Shown in pieces: positions 23,447 through 25,960 of a stretch of 25,960 bases of DNA (position 1 is its first letter; each line of letters starts with the position of its first letter). The position numbers and the translations under genes were made by a program. The stretch is from Octopus sinensis (taxonomy: Eukaryota): positions 1-25,960 of the forward strand of contig NW_021836028.1 of assembly GCF_006345805.1 (NCBI RefSeq). The letters run 5' to 3'. Below the pieces are notes generated by a model. It was not told the origin of the DNA. It did no database searches and saw only the letters and a list, made by a program, of their open reading frames with translations.

Positions 23447-24189
23447 CTTCGTAACACAGTAGGTAAAAACGCACCGGAGTCTTTAGTCATCTGTCAAGTC
23501 ACAACAAATGTGCGCTGTGCCCAATAAGGCTGCTTTTTGCAAGACAGTCTTGCATGGGATTTCCAGTTGCCTTAAGAAGTTTTGAAGATTCAATGGGATT
23601 GAGCCCAACGTTCCAATCACCACTGGTATAACTTTTCCATTTCCCTCTCGCATTCCATACAGTCTTGCCATTTCCCCTTTCAATTCGGAGTACTTAGTGA
23701 TTTTTTCAACCTCTTCTCTCACAACATTCATGTCATTTGGTATGGCTACATCAATGATCTGACAGTATTTGTCTCTCTTATTCAATATGACAATATCCGG
23801 CCGACGGTGTTCGATTACACGATCCGTCTGAAAATTATAGTCCCAGATTATCGTTACTTTTCCATTCTCCTGTATAACTTTATTTGGTGCATACTTCATA
23901 ATGGTATTTACGGCATAAGAGACAATGAAGATACACACACACTTTATCGTGGCGGCGCTTGTATTCTTCCTGAGCAAGGCTTTCTCATCCACTTTTCAAG
24001 TGGGTCACATGTCCCGCATTCTTTCCACAGAGTCTGCATTTCTAGGTGTCAAAAATTTTATAGATGTTATACTTCACTGAATTGGTAGCGAGAGCCTCAT
24101 CTTGTGCAGCAATGGTCAGGCTTTCGGTGGTATGCTTCAAATCACCTCGATTAAGCCATGCCCACGATGCTGTATTTTCCTTAACGTCT

Positions 24190-24190
<1 letters not shown>
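23447..24190 (-). mobile_element. R4/Dong-like 3' fragment (family A, copy 2)
   Basis: Reverse-complement homologue of 1018-1745. Reads WAWLNRGDLKHTTESLTIAAQDEAL, KCRLC, EYKRRHD, RRPDIV, IIDVAIP, EKITKY, IPVVIGTLG (ORF 23483-23992). Carries small deletions relative to copy 1. Confidence 0.93.
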
Positions 24191-24242
<52 letters not shown>

Positions 24243-24244
24243 TA

Positions 24245-24336
<92 letters not shown>

Positions 24337-24343
24337 CATTATT
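24191..24343. repeat. (AAT)n followed by (ATT)n, self-complementary
   Basis: Seen directly; the switch is near 24246. Confidence 0.95.
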
Positions 24344-24570
24344 AAGGTGACGTGCTAACAGAATCGTTAGCACGCTGGGCGAAATGCTTTAGAAGTATTC
24401 CGTCCATCTAACGTTCTGAGTTCAAAAAATTCCTCCGAAGTCGACTTTGCCTTTTATCTTTCGAGGTCGATAAAATTAGTACCAGTTGTGTACCGGGATC
24501 GCTGTAATCGACCATCCCATTCCCCCATTTCCGGCCTTGTGCTTATAACAGAAAGGATTATTATTATTAT
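24344..24570 (+). mobile_element. SINE family 2, full length, (ATT)n tail
   Basis: AGGTGACGTGCTAACAGAATCGTTAGCACGCTGGGCGAAATGC...GTTCTGAGTTCAAA...GGCCTTGTGC, then GATTATTATTATTAT. Confidence 0.88.
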
Positions 24571-25325
24571 GTGATGAAAACTCACAGCTTATTTTGCTGG
24601 GTATGATGGAAAAATGTCAGCTGTTCACAGCCAGCAGACTAAGGTGACACATATTCGCTGTTCGTGCTTCAAGAACCCGGAGAAGAATTCTTGCAGTTCC
24701 AAATAATGCTGATTTTTGTAGGTGTTCTACCTTCACACTTGCATAATCTTTTTTAACCATGTTAGCAGTTGAGTGCTGATACTTCCAAGTGCACCAATTG
24801 CTGTTGGCATCACCTCTACTCTCCTCATGGAGCGCAACCTTCGTATTTCTCACTTCAAATCGTCATAGTTGTTTATTTTTTCTTTTTCTTTCACATTGTT
24901 ACTCTTGTCACTGGGTCATGCTATGTTGATTATCATGCATGTTCTTTGCCGCTATTGTATGCTGCTATTTGTATCAGTTTTCCTTCCTTCTGAAGTAGAT
25001 ATTTTTGCAGTCTTATGGTGGTTATTTTATAGTAGTTTTCCAGCTGCATAAGGCCTCTACCACCTTCTATACGTTGTATATATAGCCTTTCTATGTCAGA
25101 TTTTGGGTGATGCATCCTAGATCCTGTCATTATTTTTCTTGTTTTCCTATCTATTTTGGTCAGTTCATTTAGTGCCCAGTTAAGGATATTGTAGCTGTAA
25201 CTTATAACTGAGACGGCTAAAGTGTTAATACCTATTATCGTGTTTTTATCATTGAGCTCTGTTTTTAGCATTGATCTAACTCGTCTATAATATTCTTTTT
25301 TATTTTCTCTTTCATTTGTGTGTGT
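24571..25325 (-). mobile_element. R4/Dong-like fragment (family D): RT thumb region fused directly to late RLE and 3' UTR
   Basis: KKEYYRRVRSMLKTELN...INTLAVSVISYSY...IDRKTRKIM...HHPKSDIERLYIQRIEGGRGL (ORF 24933-25349), then CMIINIA*PSD...IGALGSI...HLQKSALFGTARILLRVLE. The tail is (AAT)n on the minus strand. Confidence 0.9.
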
Positions 25326-25332
25326 TGTCTCT

Positions 25333-25349
25333 TTTATTATTATTATCAT

Positions 25350-25444
<95 letters not shown>

Positions 25445-25486
25445 TTATTATTATTATTATTATTATTATTATATTATTATTATTAT

Positions 25487-25553
<67 letters not shown>

Positions 25554-25570
25554 TATTATTAGTATTATTA
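25333..25570. repeat. (ATT)n tract, about 240 bp
   Basis: Seen directly. Confidence 0.96.
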
Positions 25571-25960
25571 GCATTGTCTTTGCATAGCTTCTAACTCTGG
25601 AGATGTACTACGGTGTCAGCTGTTCCCTACTAGTGAACTAAGGTAATACCCTTATTTTTCGAGCACCATCTGGAGTATTTGAGCGGTTCCAAACAGTATT
25701 GTTTTCTGCAAGTGCTCCCACTCTTATTGCAGCTCCTATTTGTTCCATGTACTTCTCAAGATTTTTACTCACTGTTCCCAGGGCTCCGACAATTATTGGT
25801 ACTACCACCATCTTTTTCAACGACCACAGCTGCTTAACCTCCCAAGCTAACCTGTCGACTTTTCTTTCGAGTTTTCTTTCTTCCTTCTCACATACCTTGT
25901 CGTCAGCCGGGCATGCTATATCTATCATCCAGCATCGTTTGCTTTCTTTCTCAATTAACA
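25571..25960 (-). mobile_element. R4/Dong-like RLE 3' end (family E), continues beyond the window
   Basis: CWMIDIACPADDKVCEKEERK...LAWEVKQLWSLKKMVVVPIIVGALGTVSKNLEKY (ORF 25638-25928), followed by a short 3' UTR and (AAT)n on the minus strand. Confidence 0.9.

Overview
AT-rich, repeat-saturated eukaryotic non-coding DNA, intronic or intergenic. The tRNA-derived SINE families and microsatellite load look like a cephalopod (Octopus-type) genome; this is an inference from recalled repeat families, not a search result. I find no host protein-coding exon, rRNA, true tRNA or CRISPR array. Nearly all ORFs in the track are microsatellite read-throughs or pieces of decayed retroelements. The window contains about nine degraded fragments of restriction-like-endonuclease (RLE) non-LTR retrotransposons, mostly R4/Dong type and often abutting (TAA)n tracts. 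It also holds three tRNA-derived SINE families, a Tc1/mariner-type MITE with TA target duplication, a piggyBac-type MITE with TTAA duplication nested in a SINE, and many simple repeats. The structure these labels do not explain is: four fold-back hairpins packed into 2464-3205; a 258-bp, about 98% identical inverted repeat at 11223-12134; a degenerate minimal hammerhead-ribozyme-like motif at about 13560-13617; and two inverted copies of one Dong-like family 22 kb apart that share an in-frame stop and show an abrupt step in divergence. I cannot support a claim of a wholly new biological system from the sequence alone. All percent identities and mismatch counts are manual estimates.
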